Notes: a model not told the origin generated them from the letters alone. 64,000 bases of DNA from Chara braunii (GCA_003427395.1 BFEA01000015.1:3421808-3485807), one strand, 5' to 3'. Counted from the first letter of the stretch, positions 49,118-62,350 are shown. Program-made: numbers and translations.

Positions 49118-52100
49118 GTCGTATCGAACACGACAAACACATAAGTAACGGGTTTTCGGAAGTCGCATTGCACGTGATAATGTCTCCGTCGTCGTGTTGA
49201 ACACGACCGTCCCCTGACGGCGTCGTCGTGTACTTTGCAAGGCAGGGTTGTGCATCTGCTGCACTGGAGATGGTTACGTGTTTAACACGATGACCGCCCG
49301 TAAACGTATCATGCGCACAACTAGCTAGCACCCCGCGTCAGTGTTGTGTAGTCGTGGGCAAGGGCTGCACTGGCGGTGGTTGTCGTGTTGAACAGGACGA
49401 CCGCCCATAAACATCTCATGCCCACACCTAGCTAGCACCCCGCGTGAGTGTTGTGTAGTACTGGGCAAGGTCTGCACTCACAGTGGTTGTCGTGTTGAAC
49501 ACAACGACCGCCCGTAAACTTCTCATGCCCACGGTTAGCTAGCACCCCTCGTGAGTGTTGTGTAGCCGTGGGCAAGGGTTGCACTGGCGGTGGTTGTCGT
49601 GTTGAACACGACAACCATCCGTAAATGTCTCATGCTCACGACTAGCTAGCACCCTGTGTGAGTGTTGTGTAGCCGTGGGCAAGGGCTGGCAGTGGTTGTC
49701 GTGTTGAACACGACGACCGCCCGTAAATGTCTCATGCCCACGGCTAGCTAGCACCCCACATGAGTGCTGTGTAGCCGTGGGCAAGGGCCCATCTGCTGCA
49801 CGCCCGTTGGTTGTCATGTTAGACACGATGATCATCTATCAATGTCTCACATTCCCGTAGTTGTCACGACAACCACGGTCAACGTCTCTTGCCCATGGCG
49901 ACCTAGAACGCGGCCTGAGTGTTGTGCAGCCTTGGGCAAGGTCTACATAACACGAAGGCAGCGTTGCGTCGCTGCTATGCTGGCGGTGGTTGTCGTGTCC
50001 AACAAGACGACCGTCCATCTATGTGTCATGCCCATGGTTGTCGTGTTCAACATCACGACCGTCCGTCAACGTCTCATGCCCACGGCTAACTAGCACGACT
50101 CCTAGAATGAGGCATTGGCGGATGGTCGTCTAAGGTCGGCGTCTCATGCAAGGGATGTGTAACACGAAGCCGTTGTGGTTGTCGTGTTCGACACGATGAT
50201 CTATCCAGACTATCCGTAGCTCTCCCTGGGAATAAGAGTTTTAGGGTCGGTCGTCGTGTTGAACACGTCAGCCACTGCCAAAACAAACGACCCATTTCCG
50301 CTCACTACCAAGTTTATTAGGACACATTGGTTGTGTAGAGGTTGCTTCGTCGTTTTCGACACGAGGGGTCCCCATGTCTCTGGCGACGACCGTCGCTCGG
50401 GCACTCCGGCCTTGTGCAAGGCATGTCGTCGTCACGCCGAACACGATCGAGCTTTGGGCGGTTGTCGTGTTCAACACGACAATTGTCCTTTGGGCAATCC
50501 GGGCTTATAGAGGGGAGACCGTCCATCGGGCACTCCAACCTTTTTCAATGGACATCGTCATGTCGAACACGCTCGCCCTTCGGGAGGTTGTCGTGTTCGA
50601 CATGATGGTGCCCGACCACGCATAAGGCAAGGTCCGCACAGAACCGAGGCAATGGCTGCTGCAACGGGGGTGTCTGTCGAAAAACCTTTGGGCGGTTGTC
50701 TTGTTCAGCACGATGACCTCCATCGGGCACTCCGGCCTTCTTTTAATGGACATTGTTGTATCGAGCACAATTGCCCTTCGGGAGGTTGTTGTGTTCGACA
50801 CAATGGTGCCCTTTTTTCACAGGGTTAGGTTTGTAGAGCACCGAGGCAAGGGTTGCTTCAGCGGGCGTGTTTGTCGGGATCAACACTTGGTCTGTCGGTC
50901 GTGGGTGGGTGTTATATTGCCATTGGCCGGAGCAAGGAAGGGAACAACAGTCCCGACAACAGTGAGTGTTTCACATGCTTTTCAGTTCTGGATTTCTTGC
51001 AGACATATGGGGGGATGTGGTAGACTGACTCTCGTTCGCATCTGCAGCTCGTTGGCATGTGGCGTATCCGCGCATCGGAGGTGTTGCGAAAATGGGCCAC
51101 TTGTTTCGGTTTGGTTTCAGCCTTCAGGGTGTCCTCTGTTCGACACAACGTGTCCTTGTGTCTCTGCTCCAGTGGGGTATTTGTCGTGTTCAACACGATG
51201 ACCGTCCCTCACGCACTCCGACCGTTTGCAAGGCATGTCATCGTCGTGTCGAACACGATCGCTCGTGAGGGGGTTGTCGACGACCGTCCTTTGGGAGCAT
51301 CGTCGTGCTCGACACGACCGTCCTTTCGGAGCATCGTTATGTTCGTTTTCGCATGGGCCGTGTGCTTCTCCTATTAGTAATTGCTGCCATTGTGGCGTGC
51401 AGGGCGCTTCAGAGTCGCGATGGATATCTCACACTGAATGACCCCTGCTATTTGGCACAAACGCTTGGCACACCCTTTCACTCCCTGCGTGCCGCGTCCG
51501 CGGATCTCGAGAGTCCACAACGATCGACGGTGCAACTTCGATTCCGATCCGTGGATGACGGTCGTACCGTACATCCATGATCACCTGGACTCCTAGAGAG
51601 AGCCTCAGTGGGAAAAAATGGTCAGGGAGTGCTCAATGGCCATGGGCAGAGGACTATAAGTTCGCTAATATGCTTGAGTGGGGAAGTTATATTCCCATGC
51701 CCCGTTATGTCCTTGGTCCAGTGCGATTGCGTCGCTTGTGTAAAAAGTTGAAATCTGATCGCTATTACAGTCTGTTGGACTGCCAATATGTGACTGCCTC
51801 GCCTCACACATGGTGCCGTGCGATGAAACAAGAGTTGCTTGACGGTGCCCGACATTCTGAGTTCCTGGATCAGCACCCTTTGCGATCTCCTGGGCTATCG
51901 CCTCGAGCAGTGTCGTACTGCTGCATCAGATTGCGTCTGGCAACGTTCGTTTTTTGCAGGGTCCTTTGCGTTGTGTCTTCGAAGAGGAATAGGACCTTGA
52001 CTGACGTTGTGGTGTATGTGTCTAGGAACGAGTTGGAAATGCCTAGACGAAGGATGATTTTAGTTCAACGAGAAGTCGAAGGGAAATGGGATGTAGTGAT

Positions 52101-53495
52101 CGGCGATAGGGTAGACGATGTCGACGCATGGCGCGAGGTTGAAACAAAAGTGTCCTCTATATGGGATGCTATAGGTAGTTCTCTGGTCGGAAGGTCCGAC
52201 TTTGTTCGTATGAAATATATTTCAGTGTTTGCGGATGACGCTTCCGCCGAGGAAATACAATATCTGACGTTCGGATCGCCAATTAGAACGTTCAATGACT
52301 ACATGACTACGACAACTCGCCGTCATCGCTATACTTTCTGCACATTCGGCAATTTTTTTTTTTTCAACCGTACATAAAAATGATTAGACTGTCAATTTAT
52401 CGATTATGTTAGTCGTCTAGCGCTTTTGTTATCAATGATTTGAAGTCAGTCTGTCTTTCGGTTCAATCGGTCAGCTTTTGGTTTTCTGTATCTGTGGCCT
52501 CATGAACAAAATGTTTCGATTTCTTGATTATTGGTCAAATGTTGTCAATGGTACATGCCTCCGAAGCATTTGGTTTTCTATATCCGTGGTCTAATGAACA
52601 AAATGTTTCGATTTCTTGATTGTTGTTCAAATGTTGTCCATGGTACATGCCTTCACACTACGAATGTGGATTTGACTGTCACGTGACGAGCAGGGATTGT
52701 GAATGACTGTCTGATGAGTTCTCCTACTTTGGATACTCACGGTTGTATATCACGCAGTCAAGTTCGTTATCGACTCCAACACGACAAACGTTCTGGATGT
52801 TGCCATCTCGACGGTTTGGCGGGATGTTGATGCCCTGCGTGACCGTGTCGATCGAAATCGTGTCGTCGTTGTATGTGTCCCGTCTTCAACACGTTGAGGG
52901 ATCCGTCGTGTCGAAGTCCCGAAACCAGAGGGTTTGTGGGTGGCAGAGATTCGTCGTGTCGAACACAATGATGCTCCCAAGGAGGTTGTTATCGTATTTG
53001 AGACGACCATCCCAGAGGATGTCGTTGTATGTGTCCCGACTTCAACACGTCGAGGGATCAATCATGTCGAAGTCCCGACATTGGAGGGCTTGTGGGTGTC
53101 AGGGATACGTCGTGTCGAACACGACGACGTTGCTAAGGACGTTGTTGTCGTGTTCGACACGACCATTCCTGAAGGGAGGGTGGGTGCGACGGATTCGTCG
53201 AGTCGAACATGACGATGTTTCTTAGGAGGTTGTTGTCGTGTTCGACACGACAATCCTAGAGGGCGGGTAGGTATCACTCTCCGAAGTTACACTGTCAAAC
53301 ATGGCCTATGAAGAATTGTAGGAAGGGGATTGATTGTCGAACACGACGATGCTTCTTAGGAGGCTGTTAATCCCGTGTGGCGGGTGAGTACCGAGGATTC
53401 GTCGTGTCCGACACAACGATGTTTCTTAATACGCTGCTATATCACGCAGGACGGGTGGGTGCCGCTGTCCGGGGTTGTCGCGTCGAACACGATAA
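49118..53495. repeat. Array of GTCGTGT-N3-ACACGAC palindromes, including a ~107-bp tandem repeat at ~49321-49800
   Basis: Perfect-arm copies at 49191, 49596, 49698, 50464, 53109, 53147, 53235, plus many 1-2 mismatch copies. Confidence 0.92.
51577..52377 (+). CDS. Hypothetical protein or exons embedded in the palindrome array
   Basis: 266-codon non-repetitive ORF followed by an AT-rich 3' region; no recognised motif. Confidence 0.35.
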   Translation: MITWTPRESLSGKKWSGSAQWPWAEDYKFANMLEWGSYIPMPRYVLGPVRLRRLCKKLKSDRYYSLLDCQYVTASPHTWCRAMKQELLDGARHSEFLDQHPLRSPGLSPRAVSYCCIRLRLATFVFCRVLCVVSSKRNRTLTDVVVYVSRNELEMPRRRMILVQREVEGKWDVVIGDRVDDVDAWREVETKVSSIWDAIGSSLVGRSDFVRMKYISVFADDASAEEIQYLTFGSPIRTFNDYMTTTTRRHRYTFCTFGNFFFFNRT

Positions 53496-53911
53496 CACCC
53501 GCATAAGAAATATCATTCGAAGGGGATTTACCGTGTCTGACGGATTTGAGATGGTGGAATGGATGCATGTTCGTCCCATAAATGAAGGCGTTTCTCATTT
53601 ACTGTCTTTGTGTTCTTGATCGGTTCTTGCCTGGCAGCTTGGCTATTACTAGCGTCCGGCGGATTATACGGAATGGATGTTGCAGAGTATCAAGGAAAAC
53701 GCTTAAGGACCAGGAGTTGTGAGAGTGTCGAGCACTCGCCCAAAGAGTCGAAGGGATCCTCGGTTGCTGGGGTCGAGATACACCAGGGTCTAAGGCGACT
53801 GCACAGCGCTGGTCAGCAATCTCTGAGATGCAGACGCCTGTGCAGCGAGGTACACCTCTTTGAGGTCCGATTAGTCGTCATAGAGGATCTAATCAAGACA
53901 GGGAGGTCGCA

Positions 53912-56335
53912 TTGCCTGTCCGGACGGTGAGTGGTCAAAGGTCTAGTGGTCATGGTGAAGGGTCTGGTGGTCGTCGGCGGAACTATGCACAAAAGACAGC
54001 GGGGCATGCAGGCTCTGCTGAGAAGTTTGTCCATGGGCTATCCGAGGCCGTGTCCGTCGTTGACTACGACGACAAATTCTGGATGTTCGACTGGGTAGGC
54101 GATGTTTGGCAGGTTGGTAGTAGTCTTCTTTTGTATGTCGTCTTACAATACCAAATCAGACCAATAGGTGGTATAGCGTCTTCGTCAGGCAGGCAACGTC
54201 CTATTGCCACTTTCGAGATGACTATGCTCTTGAACCGCAAAGGCGAGAGAGTTCGTAATATCATACATGTTGTTGTCCGGTGGAGAAAACATTATGGATA
54301 TGGTAAACCGCTCGTTGATCTGTTCAATCCGGATGCAAATCAAGAATGCAATTGTCCGATCTCGTTCAGGTTTTCGACTTCTTCGACAGGAACAAGATTC
54401 AAGGTCACAAAGACTCATAAAGACGACACCATGACGGAACCAAAAAGTGTGATGTCAGCAACTGCACTGGGATAATTTTCAGGAGCACTCAAAGGGATAT
54501 CAGTGCGACCAACTGTAGGTGCCATATCAATTCGGCCATCAGTGTCCATGCCGCTTGTCCCGAAAGCAGGACAGATCGCTGCGAAGGGACCTGCTCATGC
54601 ACAGGTTGAGCCGCCAGCACCGAAGAAGATTTTGCCAATAGCAGTGAAAGAGCCACTCAGCAAATTGCACGACATTGTGCGTTCCTTGAACATGTGTGGT
54701 GCCGTTGTGCAAGGCTATGACGAGCCTTTGTATTTCGAAGATGTGGAGGAAGGGAGCAACACAGAGAGTACACTGAGAGAAGAGGAAGAGGAAGGTTCGC
54801 AGGAGCGAAGTAGGGAAAATTGCGGAGAGGAAGAAGAGGATAGTGAAAACACTATAAGCGAGAGGGAAGGCCGTGAATGGAGTCACAAGGTCGAGAATGA
54901 AGAGGAAGCACGACACTCACACATTCCTGCGGAGCTTCACGTCGATTAGGAGGACAATAGTGATGACGAGCACTGCGGCGACATTCAGGAGCACGAACAA
55001 GATTGACATGAGGACAATGCGCACCACAAAAGTAATGGAAAAGCTAGGCATGAGAGGAGAAAAAGTCTCAACTAGAAAAGGAGCAAGAAAGAGCAACCGC
55101 AAAAGAGACAGGTGTAACCTCTCCCGATGGATGAAGCACTCCAACGTACTCGCGACGCAGAAGCTGCTGCCAAACAAAAGTCGATGCGGAAAAAGAGAGC
55201 AGCAAAGGGCAGTACAATGGAGATGACGACCGTTTTCCCCGCGTCTGAATAGTCGCAGTCCAGCGACGAGACAAAAGGCAAGACTGTCACATGACCATCA
55301 AGATTGCAAATGTCGCCAAGTAAGCCAGCGACTTTGCATCTCCGGAAATACTTATTTCTGGACTTCAATACTGACAGTACCAAAAAAAGCGAGATACAGT
55401 TCATCACTGTTGAATTTCAAAAATTTATGGATATTCCAAATGAGGAACTTAGATATAATCGGAGATTCCTCGACCAAAATCATATTGACGAAATCTAAGA
55501 AGCGATGGTGACATCGGGTGAAGTGGTCATTCGAGAAAGGACAACAGGCAAGACGGGGTTGAGCGCATTCCCGTTATATGAGAAACCAATACTGTTGTTG
55601 GTGGCACTGCATGACCAACTGCATATAGACTCATCAGGTAAGGTTGTGCGAGCAAGAAGGGTTACTCCTGATGATTTTTACAAGAAACCACTTGATAAGT
55701 ACTTCGGGTAACACAGCGTGGCAGCAACACGAAGATGTTTTCACAAAAATTCAGTTGTGAAAAAAAAGTTGTGGCTAAATTACTGGACAACTAGGCGAGT
55801 TTATTATCCGGACCACTTCATGGATCACTATGGGAGGTTGAGCATGTTCCAAAATGCGAAAGACATATGAAACACTCCGCCTCATCGGAGCATCGTTGTT
55901 CAGGATATCAGGAAGTTGTGGAACGTGTCCGACAGTCCTGAAGCCAAAGGCGGGAAGGGAGCTGATGTCAAAAATGCGGAGTGTAGAAAGTTTGCAGGGA
56001 AGTCTCTTGGAGTGACTAGGCTTGATCATTACATTAGTATGTCACTCGGTCAGTGGAGTTCAGAATGATCCGACTTCCATGGTCCTTACATGATCTTAGC
56101 TAGGTCGTCGGACGACGTACTTCAAAAGATGGAGCAGGTGTATGAGGCTTGGGAAAGCGGACAACTGTCGGGAAGAGATGCTGATGAACGTGCATGTTTG
56201 CGTAAAAAATTGTGGAAAGCGCCTTGCATGCACTCACCAAGGAACAGTGACAAGAATATTATACGTCGTGGTTTGCCAGCCTTGTCAACGATGTTGTTGT
56301 TACCTCAAAAGTTAGAAGACGCACATAACACGTGA
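53912..56335 (+). pseudogene. Disrupted large ORF: unknown N-terminus, acidic linker, ParB/Srx-like domain
   Basis: Collinear ORF pieces; YNRRFLDQNHIDEI*EAM...EKPILLLV...YFG*HSVAA resembles the ParB R..L...V..L/PI.V/G.H pattern. Confidence 0.5.
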
Positions 56336-56565
56336 CGATCCGGTTTGTGAAGCCAGTTTCCCTAAGGATGTTAAAGTTGTGGGAATAGACACCAAACAAG
56401 GGAAAAAATTGCACCGTGAAGGTTACACGTTGCTATTGTGAAACGCAGCGGCGACAACAAAGTAGGCAAGCGAACACCGTCATGAACTCGTATCCACTTC
56501 TTGTATCGATTTTTCGAAAGACACCACTTGTAAAGAAGTCTTAGAAATACTATTGTTGTTTACGT

Positions 56566-57406
56566 GTGTGTTTATATGCAGTGCCTGATCCTTGGTTCAA
56601 AATTATTCTACCAACGGTACGCCTCACTGAGGTCAAGATGCAGTATGTTGAAAGGATTGTGAGCACCGGTGAAGATAACGAAGAGCACGACATCGTTATT
56701 TACAACGGTGACTGGAAGGTGGAAAAGAAAGACATCATGATCATCATCGAAGATGAAGGATGGTTGAATGACAAAGTCGTGAATTTGTATCTGCTCGCCA
56801 TCCAGATCGACAACGACAATGCAAGAGAGAGTTTGATAATTAGAGAAGAGATTGGAGACGAGAGTCTCAATGACATTCCATCAGATTCTGTGTACATTTT
56901 AAATTTATTTTTCTATGCTAGATTGGCATCCGCAGTGCCCAGAAAAATTGCTTACTATGAGGGAATGAAGTGGGTTAGGGAAAAAAATATGTTTGATTTC
57001 AACTTTGTACTTATCCCTCTTAACTTTGGAAACCACTGAGCCTTGACATGTGTTAGAATAAACAGTTGCAATTGTGAATTCCACCTTGTAGACTCTCTCT
57101 GTCGCGCTGACCGCCTCGCACCACTTGAACTATTAGCCGCGTTCTTTAGAATAAAGTTCCAACATCAAAATCTTCATGAAAGATATCACGTGGAGGACCT
57201 TACGAGAAGTTACAACATATTTTGAGACATCGCTTGATGGGGTGTCTGTCCAACAGGATGGTTGTAGTTGTGGTGTTTTTATGTTAGGTTTTGCATCTTT
57301 GCTAGCGAAAGATCACTTCCCTCCATTCAAATTCGCGCAAGACAATATCCTGCATATGAGGAATAGAATCGCATTCGACATTTTGTCAATGGTCGAGCAT
57401 GAGTGA
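56566..57406 (+). pseudogene. Ulp1/SENP (peptidase C48) SUMO-protease domain, disrupted
   Basis: GWLNDKVVNLYL; NLFFY; VLIPLNFGNH* (HW motif, W>stop); VDSL; QQDGCSCGVFML; MRNRIAFDIL. Confidence 0.9.
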
Positions 57407-59639
57407 AAATTCCAGATACGTGGCTTATGATATCATTCAACTTTGTTAATGGTTAAAAATAGTTTCAATGGCTAGTATGTGTCATTTCACACTTTGTTGA
57501 TGGTTAAGAATTAGTTTCAATGGTTGCTATTGTTTTCCACAATTTTAAAATATTATTGCATAATGATGTATTTCTCAAACTTTTTAATGCTACGCTTTCA
57601 CAATTTCGCCTTGTTTCATCGTTTTTTTTATCTTTTCCTCCTCTTTTTTGTGTGTCATTTTACACTTGAAAAAAAAAATGAACATGAAAACAATTTCACT
57701 TTTAACGAAAACACCATTATACGTAATTCAGTTTAAAGTTTGAGTTTTTACACGTTATTGAAAAAATTTCACTTTCCATCTTCACTAGCATAAGTTCTCA
57801 CTTTGCACCAAGTTTTAAACAACATCGATTCCTCCATAAGACACGTTCCTGATTGAGAGTTGTATCCAACCTCAAAATTGGAGCTGAAGAAACTATTAGG
57901 TTTTCCACATAACATGCAACATGTTGAACAATTAGTAAATAATTTGTTAATGTTTGCATCAAGGCATCGATGTTAGAACATGAGAAGCATTAGAAATTTT
58001 CATTTAGCAAACTCTCATTGGAGTAGGTTTTATATTTTTATTATCCAAAAAAATATTTATAATGAGTTTGGAATGTGTTGTTAATCAGTTGAAAATATCT
58101 TGAAATTAATGCATATTTATTAAGATTTAAAATAAAATTAATCAACAATTGAACCATGTTGAGCAACGGTTGAAAACATGAAAAATAAATAATGAATTTA
58201 TTGCTTGGAAACCAGTAAAACAATATACAATAAATATTTTAAGTTTTTTGTTGAGACTTTAATGATAATCGTGGTTTATGTTCCCACATGATTGTCATGA
58301 ACCGTAGCTCCTCTATATTCAAGCAGTAACACACATCTCAATGATCCAAATGTATAACGGTACTAGTTATCCATTTTTTTCAAAACGTTGCGAGAGGTGT
58401 TGAGGACAATGTTGGGAGCGGATGTCCAATAGGGGTTGGAAGCATTGTGTTTATCCCACCTTAGAGAGGGCACTCATCCACAGAGCACAGAACCTCAACC
58501 GCGTGCACACCCGAATAAGTATTGACCGAGACCACTGCTTCTTGATCGCCAGCAACGAGGTGCACCACTCGCCAACTCAGGTTTCGGGTTTCCCCAACGG
58601 ACTCGCTCGGAGGCGATCACACACCCTGTCCTCTGTCACCAAGGGGAGTACCGTAGGACTGCTATGGGGTTAGTGCCCCTGCTTTTCTTATCGTCCATCC
58701 CCCAGCCCCCCAATGTCATCCCCCATGAACCTACACAAGCGGAGGGAAAGCCCAAGTAGCCATATATCGATATTCTCCAACAATACTATTCGAGGCATGC
58801 ATACGGGGGTAACATTTTATGTAAACAACTAATGGAAGACTAGGTTGAGACCATTCCCTTTGGAGTTTGAACTCTGCAAGACACTAAACGTGTCATCACG
58901 ACTCTTTGAGATCCTAGATGTACTCCCCTAGTGTTTCACATGGATAAGCGATGGCGGCAATATAATGGTTGTTTTGTGTGATTCACACGTAGAGTTTGTA
59001 CTTTTACGTATACTTCTATTTTAAACGATTTTGTGGGATCTAGCAGCTTTCCGTTGTTCGAAATGACCGTAGTGGACAACAAGTTTTTTGCATCCCGTGT
59101 TATCTTAATGATTGCATTTACCCCTTTGTTCCTTTGCTTTTCCTTCACTTCCTCCTTCCAACTTACGGAACCAACACATGAAGATTCCAATTCCAACATG
59201 AAACTCCAATGCGTACTTTCCTGCAATCTTTGGCATACCCTTTTCATCATTTTTTCATGTGCCTATACTTGCTTCGACCGTCAAGGAGCATTGGGCGTGA
59301 GGTTGCGCACCACATATGAGTTAGGATCCAATTGATGCACTAATACCATTCATGTGGCTAGTTGTGGTCCCCTGTTAACGTCAGCATTATCATAACAGTG
59401 GTTGTGAAGAGCTTTGGACTGCGGGGCCATTACCCAACTCTAGCTTAGGAGCTTCTGAGAGTCCATGAGATAAAGGAAGTAGTTGCCTGGTTGCTCCTAA
59501 GGGCACCGTAACTGGGATACCATCCGTAGACTGCGCGCAACAGATGTGGCCTAGCAGGTAGTTGTCTGGAGATTTCAGGGGCCACCGGAACACCAGGCAT
59601 CAACTGAAGACGACTGAAGTGAGCGGAAGAAGACTCAGG

Positions 59640-60021
59640 CAATAATACTCTCTCTTTTGGAAGCATTTACGTAGTTTTTTTGTTTTTCACTACTGCAATT
59701 ATGAACCGATCATGTTTGTGAGCGTGAATATGTGATCGACACACACAGACACACACACACACACACGCACGCACGCCCACACACATGCACAGAGTGGTTG
59801 GAGGAGAATAATAACATCATACATTTCTGCTAGCAGACAATTCACACGATTGTTTCACTACCAACTTTGAACATGTTGGTTGTAAGAGAATAAAAATCCC
59901 GTCCTATTCTCTCTTTAGGAAGCATGTACACAGTTTTTTGGTTTTCCATTGCAATTATTACGAAGTGATCATGTTTATGAGCGTGGATACTATGTCATCC
60001 ACACACACGCACGCACGTACG

Positions 60022-60101
<80 letters not shown>

Positions 60102-60221
60102 CACACNNNNNNNNNNNNNNNNNNNNNNNNNNNNNNNNNNNNNNNNNNNNNNNNNNNNNNNNNNNNNNNNNNNNNNNNNNNNNNNNNNNNNNNNNNNNNN
60201 NNNNNNNNNNNNNNNNNNNNN

Positions 60222-60272
<51 letters not shown>

Positions 60273-60410
60273 GCACACACGCACGCACAAACACACAGAG
60301 TGGTTGGACGAGAATAATAACATCATACATCTCTGCTAGTAGACCGTCCACACGACTGCTTCACTACCAAGTTTGAACATGTTGGCTTTAAGAGAATAAT
60401 CACCTCGTCC
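59640..60410. repeat. Tandem duplication with (CA)n microsatellites and an N-gap
   Basis: CAGAGTGGTTGGA.GAGAATAATAACATCATACAT at ~59790 and ~60296; Ns at 60107-60221. Confidence 0.88.
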
Positions 60411-62113
60411 TTGCATTTTCTAGCTGGGAGAACTGGGAGACACTATTTACACAAAACGAGAGTATGACTTTCTGGTCCAATGAGGTGTGGGGGATTAGTA
60501 GGCAATGTAACATAGGCAGACAATCACGACTTGTTTTCTATTACAGCCACACAAACTTGGTTGGCTTTGTCTGCAGATCTTTAAAACGTTTAATTGGGGA
60601 CAAAAGATTAAGATTCACATTTAACTTTATGGCCCCTTACTCTTTCATCACGACTATCAAATCCTTTCATATGAAGAGAAACCTATATATAGCCTTAAGC
60701 TGCCAGTACCTTTCCCATATGTCAATCGCGGACAATTTCAGAAAGCCAAAACGAAATATGGACCGCCAATTCAATTTATCGACGGCAGCCCTCCCCTGTT
60801 CGACCCCTAGGTTACCTAGCGCATTTCAACAAAATAGTTGGGAAAGGTATTGGTCGTTTAACCCAATTCGTTTCAGCAAGATAGTTGGGAAACGTCCTAG
60901 TGGTTTAAACCACATATACCCTTTCACAACCATTTTGTTCGACACGACCATTAATGCACGTATCCTTTGGAGCTCTACATACCAGACCGAAATAGATGGC
61001 AGCGTTGTCAGTGCGAATACCCTCACAAGGGTATCCGCCCTGGTTTTTGCCAGTGGCAAAAAATAAGTTTTGGCTTGAAAAATAAGTGCACCGTGCGAGC
61101 CGTGATTGTATGTTATTTCAGGTTGCTAGAATGTTTGACTAAAAGAAGAGAATGCGTAGCCGCGCAATTTTGAGGTGCGCGTGATTTTTCTTATTAATAT
61201 TGCAAAGTCGGCATAGTTGTCAGTCAAATTTTGCTTTCAATTACATGATGTTCTCTTTTTCATCTGTACGTTTCTTTGTAGCACGTGTGTGCATACGAAG
61301 GCGACCCTGTTATTAACCACATTAGACCTGGTTGTCGGTGTCATGTTTTAGGAATGACTACCTTGGATTTCATTTGAGAAAACCTTGTAGCTTGCATAGT
61401 ACATAATGTAGTGGGGCGTCTGCTATGAACGCACGTCAGCAAGAGGTGCCCGCAGTTTTGACGAATGTGAGCATAGATCTAGTACGTATGGCGGGTTGTG
61501 AGTGAGACTAGGTTTTTTGTGCGGTGTGTGTCGGTAAGGCCGCATGCCACGCAACACCCGCTTATATGGAATTTCGGGGTTGTTAATCTGAGATATGGGC
61601 CTAACGCTATTGGTTACGACACTTGACTTTCGAGCAATTGGTATGAGGATCAAGGCTAGTGAGCATCGAAGGAGTGATGGAGCACAGTTGGAGGAAACCG
61701 AATGGTTGGGGGTCCGACGTGGCTATTCCCTCTTGGTTTTATTATCGGTCCCAATTGTGGGCCCGATCGGTGAGACCAAGGAGGTGCCGGTGTCCCTTCC
61801 ATTCACCCTAAGCATCGTTTCCCCCCCTCCTCCGCTATCAAAATTTTTACCTCTTTCATTTATTGATTTTATCAATGTGAAGTCTCATTTTCCAGGACTT
61901 GACCAGCACCAACACTAGTTTCGGGGTGGGTAGTGGGACTAACTGGTCTAACTCATTTGGTATACCACTGAGCTGATCAAAAAATATAAACCTAAGTTCG
62001 GTATTCACCAGATACAAATGAATAAAGTGTTGTAATCAGAGTTACTTGGGATTGTCAGCTCCCTATACCTTGTTTTGGGAATGGTACCGATCGAGGAACC
62101 GACGAGAACCAAT

Positions 62114-62188
62114 GGGGTTTAGCTCAGTTGGAACGCGCATGTACTGTAGAAATACAGACCTGAGTTCAGGTCCGGATGGAGGAACCTA
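62114..62188 (+). pseudogene. tRNA-like sequence (Tyr/GTA-like), degenerate
   Basis: A box TAGCTCAGTTGG; TGTA-CTGTAGAAA-TACA anticodon-like arm; B-box-like GAGTTCAGGTCC. Confidence 0.55.
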
Positions 62189-62268
62189 ATGGGTAAGACT
62201 GGCAATTTCATAATTGCTTGAGGTTGGTCAGCTCAATGATGATTTCCAAAATCGTGGTCGGACGTTTT

Positions 62269-62350
62269 GTCCTTCGGGACATCCGTTAAAATTGGAACAA
62301 TACGGAGAAGATCAGCATGGGCTTCAAGAGGAGGCACGGGTACAAACTCT
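62269..62350 (+). ncRNA. U6: U6 snRNA-derived sequence (pseudogene or variant)
   Basis: GTCCTTCGGGACATCCGTTAAAATTGGAACAATACGGAGAAGATCAGCATGG versus plant U6 GTCCCTTCGGGGACATCCGATAAAATTGGAACGATACAGAGAAGATTAGCATGG; 3' half diverged. Confidence 0.85.

Noticed and set aside
49118-51320. CRISPR-like array of palindromic repeats
   Set aside because: Spacing is irregular, intervening sequences are themselves repeats, the repeat is only 17 bp, and there are no cas genes in this eukaryotic context.
58400-61920. ORFs 58936-59250, 60464-61066 and 61595-61918 as genes
   Set aside because: No recognisable motifs or supporting homologues in the window.
62195-62255. U4 snRNA or C/D snoRNA fragment between the tRNA-like and U6 sequences
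   Set aside because: Only short scattered matches (GGCAAT, ATTGCT, ATGATGA), which is not enough to call.
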